A stretch of DNA of 64,000 nt, from assembly GCA_013166775.1 (NCBI GenBank), contig JABLTJ010000006.1:1-64000 (forward strand). The letters are read 5' to 3'. The notes below the pieces were generated by a model that saw only the letters and a list, made by a program, of their open reading frames with translations, was not told the DNA's origin and did not search any database. The stretch is from Promethearchaeati archaeon (GTDB lineage: Archaea > Asgardarchaeota > Heimdallarchaeia > Heimdallarchaeales > Heimdallarchaeaceae). Shown here in pieces: positions 10,927 to 20,847 of the stretch (position 1 is the stretch's first letter; each line of letters starts with the position of its first letter). The position numbers were made by a program, and so were the translations under genes.

Positions 10927-11811
10927 TCACTCTCCTTCTAAACTCTCTTTGGGAGTAAACGGTTCAATGTGTATGATTATGTCTTTAAAGAGACCTGTAT
11001 TCTCAAGTTTCCCTTTTACTCCTTCTGAAATCTCATGTGCTTCCAATATAGATAATTTAGGATCAACTAAAATGTGAAAATCTCCTGTATAAGTTCCTAG
11101 AACTGATCTTAAACGTATTACATGAACCTCCATTACTTCTTCTGGTGTTAGAACTATTTTCTTCAGTTTATCAACAATCTCTTCTGTCGGTCCTTTATCC
11201 AATAGCTCAGGTAATGAGGTTTTTACAATATCAAAACCAGTGACTAAAATCAATGCTACAATAATAAAAGCGCATACTGGATCCAACCACCATACATTGA
11301 AATTTGCACCAAGAAATGCGATACAGACAAAAACAGAGGCAAAAGCATCAGTTCTGTAATTCTTTGCATTAGCAATGATAACAGGTGAGTTAATTTTCTT
11401 TCCTATTCTGACGAGAATTAAAGACATTATCATTTTACCAAAAAAAGATATTATTGCTGCTGCTAAAATTAGATAATTGAATGTTAATTGAGTGCTTGCT
11501 CTCAATCTATCTATGGATTCACTAGCAATAAAATAAGAAGATATGAACAGAGTAAGTGCAATTGCTAGACTAAAAACAAATTGAAACTTATGATGACCAA
11601 AGGGATGGGAAGAATCTGCAGGTTTTTTACTGATTCTCTCTCCAACTCCTGCAAATCCAGCAGTTACAAGATCTAAAATTGAATCAAATCCATCTGCGAT
11701 TAAACTTATTGAGTTAAATAGAAAACCAATTACAAGTTTTAGAATCACAAGTAAAGCGTTAACTCCTATTGAAAGGATAATAGAAATTGTTGTCAAACTG
11801 AAAGTTACCAT
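10927..11811 (-). CDS. Cation diffusion facilitator (FieF-like) transporter
   Basis: SLIADGFDSILD, PADSSHPFGH, LDP, AHEIS and IHIEP motifs; start placed at ATG 11811 to avoid overlap with pmbA. Confidence 0.9.
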   Translation of the reverse strand: MVTFSLTTISIILSIGVNALLVILKLVIGFLFNSISLIADGFDSILDLVTAGFAGVGERISKKPADSSHPFGHHKFQFVFSLAIALTLFISSYFIASESIDRLRASTQLTFNYLILAAAIISFFGKMIMSLILVRIGKKINSPVIIANAKNYRTDAFASVFVCIAFLGANFNVWWLDPVCAFIIVALILVTGFDIVKTSLPELLDKGPTEEIVDKLKKIVLTPEEVMEVHVIRLRSVLGTYTGDFHILVDPKLSILEAHEISEGVKGKLENTGLFKDIIIHIEPFTPKESLEGE

Positions 11812-11852
11812 TAAGAAGAAAGAAGGTAACCATGAAATAAATCTTATGGTAT

Positions 11853-13202
11853 TTATTTTCCTCCGCTTATTCGGATTGGAGATAGTAAAATCCAAGGAGC
11901 TATATGACCACTTCTATTTTCTGTTTCTTTGCTGACCTCTTCGATTTTATCAAAAATATCGTATACTGTGCATCCTACCACAGCTTCTTTAACTGGATAT
12001 TGGATTTCTCCATCTTTAACATAGAATCCTTGGTTGATTTGATCGGAAATTTGGGGACGATTACCACTAGATTCAAGGGATGAATCAATTAATAATATAC
12101 CCTCTTTCAAATCACTTAAAATTGCATCTTTAGAGATATCCCCGTTTTTAAAATTCAAAGAATATGGAGAAGGTCTTGGTTTCGATGCAAAAGAAAATCT
12201 TGATGCATGTCCTGTATTCTCTAATTCAACTAAAGGAGCAGTGTAAGAATCTGTGATATATGTTTGAAGAATACCTTCCTCTACTAATTGAATTTTCTTT
12301 GGAACTACACCTTCATCATCAAATGGAGCAGAATCTACTCCTCCTGGGTAAAGTGGATCGTCAAAAACACTTAGTTTGGGAGAACCTATTTGATCACCTA
12401 TTTTATCAACGAAGAAAGCTGTTCTGTTGAATACATTGAATGCATTTATACCATTAGCTAATATTGGAGCTAAGGTGCCATAAGTTGTTTCTGGATCCAT
12501 AAGTATAGGAAGATTTGTTGTATCTATCTTTTGAGCACCAAGCATTTTAAGGGCTCTCTCTCCAGATAATTTGCCGATTGAGAGATAATCAAATTTCTTG
12601 AGAGTAGTTTGTGCATCATAATGATAAGAACTACCGATATCGTCTCCTTCACTAATTTTTGTACTAAGAAAACCACTAACAGATGTTTGCATAGAAAATC
12701 TATCTACTCCTGCTGAATTTATAATATAGCGTTCTCCCTTACCTGCTGAAAAATTACCACCAATTATAGCATCCTCTCTAATTTTAGCTTCTTGAATGGT
12801 AGCTAAGATTAATTCTGTAAAGTCTTCAATGGACAGTTCTGAAATATTATCATCACAACGGTCCGGAATAATTGGAGTAGGAGTAGTATCTGATGGTAGA
12901 GATATGAAATTAGTGTCAGGAGGGCTAATTTTTGCTAAAGAAACTGCTTCACTAACAGTTTTTTCGATTGATTCTTGAGAGAAAATAGTTGTTGAAGCCA
13001 TTCCAGTTGCTTTATTTTTAAGAATCCTGATACCTATCCCTGAATTACTTGTATCTGTAAAGCGTCTGATTGAACCTCTCTCAATTTGAACACCTCTAAC
13101 GGCACCATAGAGCGTATAAGCTTCTACTTGATCTGCTCCTTTACTAAGACCGATCCTAATTACTTTCTCTGCTAAATCATGAAGACTAAAATCTGAATTC
13201 AT
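11853..13202 (-). CDS. pmbA: PmbA/TldE family protein
   Basis: PFDDEG motif, no HExxxH; directly follows tldD. Confidence 0.9.
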   Translation of the reverse strand: MNSDFSLHDLAEKVIRIGLSKGADQVEAYTLYGAVRGVQIERGSIRRFTDTSNSGIGIRILKNKATGMASTTIFSQESIEKTVSEAVSLAKISPPDTNFISLPSDTTPTPIIPDRCDDNISELSIEDFTELILATIQEAKIREDAIIGGNFSAGKGERYIINSAGVDRFSMQTSVSGFLSTKISEGDDIGSSYHYDAQTTLKKFDYLSIGKLSGERALKMLGAQKIDTTNLPILMDPETTYGTLAPILANGINAFNVFNRTAFFVDKIGDQIGSPKLSVFDDPLYPGGVDSAPFDDEGVVPKKIQLVEEGILQTYITDSYTAPLVELENTGHASRFSFASKPRPSPYSLNFKNGDISKDAILSDLKEGILLIDSSLESSGNRPQISDQINQGFYVKDGEIQYPVKEAVVGCTVYDIFDKIEEVSKETENRSGHIAPWILLSPIRISGGK

Positions 13203-14596
13203 TAACTATTCCCTCCTACTACCACATCAGTAACTGCTAGATTCGGACCCCCTCCAGATACAGGAACCCATTGTCCCCCCTTCCCACAATTTCCTTTAAA
13301 AGCTGGTTCCCATTTGTTGCCAATAGCATATGAATTATTTAGAACCTCTAAGATTAGACCAGTCATACCAACGTTACCCATCAAATCTGTAATCTCTCCA
13401 TTTTCAACAAAATAACCTGATTGACAATTAAAGGAAAATTGACCTTTATCTGTGAAAACATATCCACTGTATGATTTGCATAAATATACACCATCCTTTG
13501 TTATTTCTGCTATTTCTTCTAAAGACATATCACCAGGACCAACATATGTATTACTCATTCTTGATTGAGGAGTATAATTAAAATTCATTGTTCTTCCTGC
13601 ACCGTTTGGTTCTAAATCCATAGTTTCTGCAGTTTCAAGGGTATGAAGGTATTCATTTACTACACCTTCTTTTACAAGAATTCGTTTTTGTGCTTTAGTT
13701 CCCTCAGAATCATACTTAAAAGAACCTCTAAGGGTTGGTATAGTTGGATCATCATAAACATTGATTTGTTCAACACCAACTTTTTCACCAATTTTACCTT
13801 CAAGAATTGAACGTTTAGCAATAATGGAATCTGCTTCTGTAGCGTGACCAAATGCTTCATGAATGAATACTCCTGTGAGTGAGGGATCCATTATAACTCT
13901 CATTTTACCTGAAGGCGGACTCCTTGCGCTTATGAGTTTTTCTACTTCTTCAGCAGCTTTTAATCCTTCTTTTTCAGGATTCCATCCCTCTATCAGCTCC
14001 CATCCCCCTGTTCCCCCTAGAGAATCTGTCACATTTTGCATTTTGACTCCTTCTCTCCCAATAACATTTTTGCCTATTCTAATTATATGATTTTCAGTTT
14101 CCACTTTTGTTCCTTTGTTGTTAACAATAACCTCTTCTTTATGGGATTCTTGGTAATATGATGTTGATTCTGCTATAGTATCTGAAAAATGTCTTGCTGC
14201 TTTCTCAGTTTCAATAATTTTTTCGAATTTTGCTTCTTTGTCTATTTCTCTAGGATCTATTTCGATTTTTGTAATCTCCTTTCCTTCATAGACCCACTTG
14301 TCGCTGATATTCCTTTCCTGTTTAGTATATTTCGATCCTGTTTTAGCAATTCTTATTGCTTTTTTAGCTGCTTTAATTATTGATTCTTCATCAGTATTTA
14401 CAATAGTTGTAAAACCCCAAGTATTGTCAATCAATGCTCTTATTGCGATTCCTCCCATGGTTTGATTACTAATACTGTCGAATCTTCCATTTCTGACAGT
14501 AAAGGATTCTCCCATTGAATAAGAATGTCTTATATCTAAGAAATCTTTTGGTGACAAAGGTATTTTATTTAGCGCCTGTTCCAGTTTATCTAGCAT
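13202..14596 (-). CDS. tldD: TldD metalloprotease
   Basis: HEAFGH, YDSEG, RMSNT and CGKGGQWVPV motifs. Confidence 0.93.
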   Translation of the reverse strand: MLDKLEQALNKIPLSPKDFLDIRHSYSMGESFTVRNGRFDSISNQTMGGIAIRALIDNTWGFTTIVNTDEESIIKAAKKAIRIAKTGSKYTKQERNISDKWVYEGKEITKIEIDPREIDKEAKFEKIIETEKAARHFSDTIAESTSYYQESHKEEVIVNNKGTKVETENHIIRIGKNVIGREGVKMQNVTDSLGGTGGWELIEGWNPEKEGLKAAEEVEKLISARSPPSGKMRVIMDPSLTGVFIHEAFGHATEADSIIAKRSILEGKIGEKVGVEQINVYDDPTIPTLRGSFKYDSEGTKAQKRILVKEGVVNEYLHTLETAETMDLEPNGAGRTMNFNYTPQSRMSNTYVGPGDMSLEEIAEITKDGVYLCKSYSGYVFTDKGQFSFNCQSGYFVENGEITDLMGNVGMTGLILEVLNNSYAIGNKWEPAFKGNCGKGGQWVPVSGGGPNLAVTDVVVGGNS

Positions 14597-14668
14597 TATG
14601 CTCTGCTCTCAAATTTGAATATTATAAATCTAATTGTAAAACAATAACCTTGATAGAGGAAAATATAT

Positions 14669-15685
14669 TTATACTCTGAAGTCGGAGATTGTGTTGCATT
14701 TTCTACACTTACAATCTTTTCCAAGATGCTTAATTTTGACATTATAATGAACTCTTTCAACTAAGATAGCTTTACAATTCTGACAATAAGTTGTGTTTAT
14801 CTCTGAATAAGGCAGATTACCAGTAAAGACATACTTCAACCCAACTTCTTCAGCTATTTTTTTTGCATTGAGAACCGTTTCGACTGGTGTAGGAGGAACA
14901 TGTTGCATTTTATAGTGAGGATAAAATCTGCTGAAATGTATCGGAACTCTATCGCTCATTACCTCAATAACCCATCTTGAAAATTGCCTTATCTCATCAT
15001 CATCGTCATTATGATTAGGAATTAAAAGCATAGTAAGCTCAACATGGACTCCATTTTCATATAAAACTCTAGCATTCTTCTTTATCTGTTCTAAACCAGG
15101 AAAGTGTGCTATGTCTCTGTAAAAATCTTCACTAAATGATTTAATATCTATGTTTGCAGCATCGATAATTGTAATAAGCTCTTCTAAGGGTTTAGCATTA
15201 ATCAACCCATTAGATACTAGTATGTTTCCAAAACCGTTTTCATGAGCTAGTGTTCCTGTCTCTCTTATCCATTCGAAATTTATCAATGGTTCATTATATG
15301 TATAGGCTAGAGTATCACAATTGTGTTTGCGAACCAGATCCATAGCATGCTCTGAAGTTATGTTAATTAGATTCTTACTCTCTGCTGAAATTTGACTGAT
15401 AGACCAGTTTTGGCACATATCACAATGTAAATTACAGCCAGCGGTTCCAAAGCTCATTGTTCGAGAGCCTGGCTTGTAATGATAGATGGGTTTCTTTTCT
15501 ATTGGATCATCATCCACAGAAGTGAATCTGTTGAAATCTAGTGCATATAGAGTTCCATCTAGATTCTTCCTTGCCTGACAATTGCCAAGTTTGTCAGGTT
15601 CAATTATGCAGCTTCTAGGACATAAAAGACAGTGAACTTTCTTTCCCTCAAGTTTTTCATAAAAATCTGCTTCAAACAACGTCAC
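14669..15685 (-). CDS. AmmeMemoRadiSam-system radical SAM enzyme
   Basis: N-terminal CLLCPRSC, DPIEKKP, CNLHCDMCQNW and YTYNEP; C-terminal Zn ribbons; probable GTG start at 15685. Confidence 0.9.
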   Translation of the reverse strand: MTLFEADFYEKLEGKKVHCLLCPRSCIIEPDKLGNCQARKNLDGTLYALDFNRFTSVDDDPIEKKPIYHYKPGSRTMSFGTAGCNLHCDMCQNWSISQISAESKNLINITSEHAMDLVRKHNCDTLAYTYNEPLINFEWIRETGTLAHENGFGNILVSNGLINAKPLEELITIIDAANIDIKSFSEDFYRDIAHFPGLEQIKKNARVLYENGVHVELTMLLIPNHNDDDDEIRQFSRWVIEVMSDRVPIHFSRFYPHYKMQHVPPTPVETVLNAKKIAEEVGLKYVFTGNLPYSEINTTYCQNCKAILVERVHYNVKIKHLGKDCKCRKCNTISDFRV

Positions 15686-15873
15686 ATAAATCACAAATAC
15701 AATTATCGTTTGAATAATTAAACAAGTCAAAGTTTGAGGGACTATAAATTTATCTATAATCTACAAAGCCATTGAAAAGATTGTATTTACACCTCTTTTG
15801 TTACCCATATTTGAGGAACAATTACCAAAAAATAAAAAAGTAAATTAAACAAATCTAAAATGGTATAAGGACT

Positions 15874-16560
15874 ATGAATTCTGAATCTAAAAAGGAAGAA
15901 GTAGAAAAAAAAGATTTGAATATAATAAAACTAAAGAAAGGTGAAACTGTCAATATCAGCAAAGCTTTAGGTTCGAGTAAGCGATTATCAATTTTAGAGT
16001 TCTTATCCAAAGAAGAACTCAATCTCTCTGAGATAGCTGAAAAGATTGAAAGCACTCCTCAAGCAGTATACCATCATCTCCAAATTCTCGAGAAATCTAA
16101 ACTAATTCAGATTGTAAGAGAAGAACAGATAAAGAACATGGCAAAGACGATCAAGTTCTACAGAGCTACATATGAACCAGATGCAATAAACCTTATTCTT
16201 TGGGCTCCACTAGACGTTATAGAACCAACAGAACTTGAAGCAAGAGTACCTGTTCAAGAACGACCTGTCGAGAGAATAGTAAAGAAGATGGCAGATAAAG
16301 TTTTCAAAGATATTACAGATGCGAAAATAGAGGTTCTCACAGGTGTTGTGAAAGGTTTTGTAGATTTGTCACATGAGTCAATGAATTCATTACGGAAAGA
16401 TTATGGACTTGAAATGGATGAAAAACTTTGGAATTTAATTTTGTTATTCTCAAATCTATCGGTTATGAATGCTGTGAAAAAATTCTCAGAAAATAATGAA
16501 TATAGAAGGAAAATGGAAGATTTAGTATCCCTACTTTATGAAGAGTATCAAGAACTATAA
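15874..16560 (+). CDS. ArsR-type winged-helix transcriptional regulator
   Basis: KALGSSKRLSIL...LSEIAEKI..TPQAVYHHLQILEKSKLI. Confidence 0.85.
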   Translation: MNSESKKEEVEKKDLNIIKLKKGETVNISKALGSSKRLSILEFLSKEELNLSEIAEKIESTPQAVYHHLQILEKSKLIQIVREEQIKNMAKTIKFYRATYEPDAINLILWAPLDVIEPTELEARVPVQERPVERIVKKMADKVFKDITDAKIEVLTGVVKGFVDLSHESMNSLRKDYGLEMDEKLWNLILLFSNLSVMNAVKKFSENNEYRRKMEDLVSLLYEEYQEL

Positions 16561-16561
16561 T

Positions 16562-19174
16562 CTAATCTTCTGATTTTTTTGAATTTAGGATACTGAAGTC
16601 TAATGTTTTTTGGCTAGATGGATTAATGTCTTGTAATTCAACTCTCACACCAATTCTTTTAACATCTCTTAAAGCCTCTAGAATATAATGTTCTCTATCG
16701 ATTTTAGAAGGATCTGTTAATGTGGGATGTTTTGCTCTTTTGTAGAGAGGTGAATTGCCTTCCAAAATCACAAAAGGAAATCTCTCATAATCTTTCCAGA
16801 TTTCATCAACATCTAGTTCATAGCTAAAAGCAAAATCCTCTAATGCTCCTATTGCGGGAGTTTTACTCTTATAATCTTTAGGACTCCTTCTTATAGGACC
16901 TAAAATCATAGTTTTTTCAATTACTTTCTCTGGCTCCAAATCTTTGAATTCCAAGCACAATTCAATAACTTTTCGTCTTGCTTTCTGAATATCTCCATCT
17001 TCTAATACAAGTTTGAGTGCAGCAGTCTGAACTTCAACAGCAAAAGGTGAAGTATCACTTCTTATAGCCTCAAAACCAACAATTTTTAGATCACCAGTAA
17101 CAGCACTCACATAGCTGTACCTCTTTTTGGTTTCAGGAGCAAAAACTATCCTTAAGGCTAAATCAACAAATTGTAAATCCATTTGTTTAGGGAGTTTTGA
17201 GGCGAAATACTCAAGGAGATCATTAGCTTCAGGAACATTGCCCAATGAAAAAACCTTACCTCTGCTTGTGTTTTCAGCAGCTTTGAAAACAGAGGTTTTG
17301 TCAGAAAGCTTAACAAAAATGCTATCAGTATCTCCATAAACTACTTGACATCTATTTTCCGTAATGTCTTGTGTCCATTGATCCACTCTTTTGATGTATT
17401 CTTTTGAAATACTTGTAATGGCATTTGAAATTTCGGTATCGTAAAAACGACTACCAACATAATTATGACTACCATACATGGAATTTGCTACAATTTTGTA
17501 AGCGTTAGATTGAATTTTAAGTTTCTTTAGTTCCTTCTCTAAATTCTTATCTCGCTCTGATTTGGAGAAAGAACGGAGATAGGTCTCTAATTCATAAATT
17601 CTCTTCTTAACATTCTTTCTCTCTTCAAGAATCTGATTTTGCATTATTCGTAATCCCGTATCAGGTTTTGTCTTGAATTTATTCATCGGAGCTGCAACAG
17701 ATCCATCAAAACTTTCACCTCCTATATTGTGGCTTACCATAATTGATGGAAACATTGAAGTAAAGTCTGCTATAAGAACAGCTTCATGCAATGTTCCTTT
17801 TGGAACGAGAACAAAACCTCCTACAGCTAAAGATCTTGTACTCTTTCTAACCGATAATTCATCTCTTGTAGGTTCAGCTGGTATTATAGTGTCTTTTTGA
17901 TGCAAGACTCTAAAAAGCTGAAATTCTCCGAGATGTCTAGGTGTCGAATAAATACCTTCTGATGGTCTTATTCCAACTAATTTCATAACTTCTAGCCATT
18001 CTTCCATACCCATTGCGTAGAAAAGAGAATGAATGATAAAGGAATCATGATTACAAATATCTTCTAGTTCTTGTTTTTCTGTTTTCTTCTTGTTATCTAA
18101 CATCTGAAACCAGAGATCATTAATCTGCGAATAATCTCCTTTTCTTTTTGTATTCAGAAACTGCTGAGCAAGATCTTCTAAACCTTTTTTCCCAGTTTTT
18201 GTTCTAAGCCACCTTGTGCTTTTCACTAAATCATATGAGATGTATCCTGGAATTCTATACCCCAAATATCCGATCGAAGGTTTAATTTTAGCATTTTTTA
18301 GGGGACAGATAATGTTAGGATCAAGTCCTAAAGACTCCATTCTCGAGAAAAAGTAAGGTAAAGTAACTTGATTACCATTAAATGTGACAAATATCTCAGG
18401 AGATACTTCATGAATTGTTGCAATAATATTTTCAATCATTGTTTTCTCGCTTTCGTTCGAATCATCTTCTAGAAAAAAAGTTTTATTTTGTATTTTACCT
18501 TCTTCTCTTCCCCAACTCAAACAAATAGCAATTATTCTTTGACTTCTTTCAGCCATGATACTAGAGAAATTTCTAATTTTCTTACCATCCTCTGTTATCG
18601 AGTTAATAGCTATATTGAAACTCATGACAGTATATTGAAAATCTAGATTATCCACTTGTTCGATATCTTCGTAATTTACTTCAAAAATACGTGCGAATTG
18701 ATTTTCCTGCAATTCTTCATAATTCTTAATCTCAATCCAATTGAGACCCTTGAAGTTTGTATCAATTAAGAATCTCGAAGTATACGATATATCATTTTCA
18801 TAGCTCTTAATTCCTTTTTCTCTCAAAAGTTTACTAAATTTCATAATTCTCCAGGGATTGCGACCTAGGATTTTGTAGAGAAAAATTGGTTTGTTTTGAT
18901 AATATCTATATTTAGTAATAGGAAAATGATCTTGAATCCAATCTCCAAACTCTTTCTCTGTATATAAGAGACTCTGAATGGATTTTGTTGTCTCAGATAC
19001 ATCATCAATATAAAAATATGGGTAAAAACCAGTTACATGAATGATTATTACTTCATTATTTTCTGTTTTTCCCCTAATACGAATAATGGGTTCCTCAGTT
19101 TCTATTCCCTTTTCTTGAATAAAGAAATCTAAATCTACTATCAGACATTTTATTGGAGGAGGGTCTTCTGACAT
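16562..19174 (-). CDS. polB: Family B DNA polymerase with degenerate 3'-5' exonuclease
   Basis: DFTSMFPS, KIVANSMYG, YGDTDS, KKRY and GFEAIRSD; C-terminal PIP-like QKTLDF; ExoI/ExoII acidic residues substituted. Confidence 0.93.
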   Translation of the reverse strand: MSEDPPPIKCLIVDLDFFIQEKGIETEEPIIRIRGKTENNEVIIIHVTGFYPYFYIDDVSETTKSIQSLLYTEKEFGDWIQDHFPITKYRYYQNKPIFLYKILGRNPWRIMKFSKLLREKGIKSYENDISYTSRFLIDTNFKGLNWIEIKNYEELQENQFARIFEVNYEDIEQVDNLDFQYTVMSFNIAINSITEDGKKIRNFSSIMAERSQRIIAICLSWGREEGKIQNKTFFLEDDSNESEKTMIENIIATIHEVSPEIFVTFNGNQVTLPYFFSRMESLGLDPNIICPLKNAKIKPSIGYLGYRIPGYISYDLVKSTRWLRTKTGKKGLEDLAQQFLNTKRKGDYSQINDLWFQMLDNKKKTEKQELEDICNHDSFIIHSLFYAMGMEEWLEVMKLVGIRPSEGIYSTPRHLGEFQLFRVLHQKDTIIPAEPTRDELSVRKSTRSLAVGGFVLVPKGTLHEAVLIADFTSMFPSIMVSHNIGGESFDGSVAAPMNKFKTKPDTGLRIMQNQILEERKNVKKRIYELETYLRSFSKSERDKNLEKELKKLKIQSNAYKIVANSMYGSHNYVGSRFYDTEISNAITSISKEYIKRVDQWTQDITENRCQVVYGDTDSIFVKLSDKTSVFKAAENTSRGKVFSLGNVPEANDLLEYFASKLPKQMDLQFVDLALRIVFAPETKKRYSYVSAVTGDLKIVGFEAIRSDTSPFAVEVQTAALKLVLEDGDIQKARRKVIELCLEFKDLEPEKVIEKTMILGPIRRSPKDYKSKTPAIGALEDFAFSYELDVDEIWKDYERFPFVILEGNSPLYKRAKHPTLTDPSKIDREHYILEALRDVKRIGVRVELQDINPSSQKTLDFSILNSKKSED

Positions 19175-19343
19175 CCCTAAATCACTTTAGCCCATAGATT
19201 CTATAATCAAGTAATATTATCTGAAATATTTAAAACCTTTTTATTTAAATCATATATAAATGAGTAAAGATTTTGATATAAAAAGCATCAAGTGAAGGGT
19301 TAAATTTTTAATAGATAAAATTCTTTTCAATAATGTTGCTTAT

Positions 19344-19718
19344 ATGTCATCTAAAAGATTACCTGCGGATATTCACAAAAATCTGAAAAAATTAGAGCTT
19401 TCCGCAAGCACAAAAAGTGGAACAATAGAGGAGACTATCACTTTAGAGAAACTATCAGAAGATGAAGATCCAAGACCTCAATACTGGTTTATCGTGATGC
19501 TATCATTTGGGCAAAGAAGCGGATATGTTTATGATAGGTCAGGATTACATATTCCCGAGCCTGAAGCATATGTCTATAGTGTAGAGTTATGGAAATTCAG
19601 AGGATCACAGCTCAAAGGAGTTGAAACAAAAGTGAATAAAGTTAACTTTGATACGGCTGTTAAAACATTCCAAAATATCCAAAAACAAATCACAGATGAA
19701 AATTTTAGAATTCTGTAG
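19344..19718 (+). CDS. Hypothetical protein, possibly WGR-like fold
   Basis: Clean ORF with AT-rich promoter upstream; C-terminal pattern resembles the end of a WGR domain. Confidence 0.6.
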   Translation: MSSKRLPADIHKNLKKLELSASTKSGTIEETITLEKLSEDEDPRPQYWFIVMLSFGQRSGYVYDRSGLHIPEPEAYVYSVELWKFRGSQLKGVETKVNKVNFDTAVKTFQNIQKQITDENFRIL

Positions 19719-19725
19719 TTTATTT

Positions 19726-20289
19726 CTAAAGTATGAATAAAATCAACGTAGAAATAACAGAGGGAAGAAAGCTCAAAGAGATTAATAGTATTTTATTTGG
19801 TTGAAACAGAGGTTTCTGTAAATTACTGATGCTTGGTTTTTCTTTCATCAAAAATCTAAAATTGATTAGAAACAATACTGCTATTAAAATGACCTGAATT
19901 GCTCCCAGAACCAAAAGTTTCCATAATTCGAAACCACGGGTTGTATAAACAACCGCAAATCCATAAATTGGTAGAAATCCTACATAGAAAATAAGTATTT
20001 GGAAAATTATTTGTGCAATTATATTCTTCGATTTTTCAGCAATCGTATTGAATAAAGCAAATTTTGGGGAAAGTGATATAGCTGCCAATCCAGGTGCTAC
20101 TGAAAGGATAATTAAAAGAATTCCAAGAATACCAATCCCAATCCCTTCATTGTTTTTAATGAAACTTTTATCCAGTAATGCATGACCTAGTCCAAGGAAC
20201 AAACCTGTAAAAACACCTCCTAGGGGATTAAAGGTACGAGGTTTTTTTATAATTGGTTTAGTTGCTATATCTTTGTCAGTTAGAACCAA
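19726..20289 (-). CDS. Hypothetical membrane protein (~5 TM)
   Basis: Hydrophobic segments; GGTGAG Shine-Dalgarno-like sequence upstream. Confidence 0.7.
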   Translation of the reverse strand: MVLTDKDIATKPIIKKPRTFNPLGGVFTGLFLGLGHALLDKSFIKNNEGIGIGILGILLIILSVAPGLAAISLSPKFALFNTIAEKSKNIIAQIIFQILIFYVGFLPIYGFAVVYTTRGFELWKLLVLGAIQVILIAVLFLINFRFLMKEKPSISNLQKPLFQPNKILLISLSFLPSVISTLILFIL

Positions 20290-20300
20290 ATAATCTCACC

Positions 20301-20738
20301 TTAAGGTTTCTTAACTAATTCATTTTCTCTTAAGTATCTTTCAGCTGCTCGAATAACTTTTCGAGTATTCTCAAAAGTTAGCATCTCTAGAGATTTCTCA
20401 TATGTAGCCCATTGATACCCTATATGTTCTTCTGAGATTCTTACGTCATCTGTTGATGAAATACCGATTAAATAAATAACTGTTTTTTTGATTCTATTTT
20501 GCCCTCGAGTAAAGTAGTAAGTGATTTTGTGTTTAAACTCTTCTAGGATTGAAATATCTTTGATTCCCGTCTCTTCAGAAGCTTCTCTTAGCGCTGCTTC
20601 GATTACAGTTTCGTTTCGCTCAATTCGTCCTTTCGTTAATCCCCATCTGTTCGCTGTAATTCGGCTTTTTCCATAGTTAAGAAGGAGATACTTACCGGAG
20701 TTATAGATAACTATACCTGCCGATTGCTCAAGTTCCAT
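20301..20738 (-). CDS. NUDIX hydrolase (Ap4A hydrolase-like)
   Basis: Nudix box GRIERNETVIEAALREASEETGI; SEEH..YQW. Confidence 0.9.
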   Translation of the reverse strand: MELEQSAGIVIYNSGKYLLLNYGKSRITANRWGLTKGRIERNETVIEAALREASEETGIKDISILEEFKHKITYYFTRGQNRIKKTVIYLIGISSTDDVRISEEHIGYQWATYEKSLEMLTFENTRKVIRAAERYLRENELVKKP

Positions 20739-20847
20739 AGAATCATCATTTTTTTATTAAAATAATGCCAACTATTAATAAGATTATTGTATAAGTCAAA
20801 TAAACTCATAGATATTTTTATCAATAAAATAAGTTATATATTAGAAT

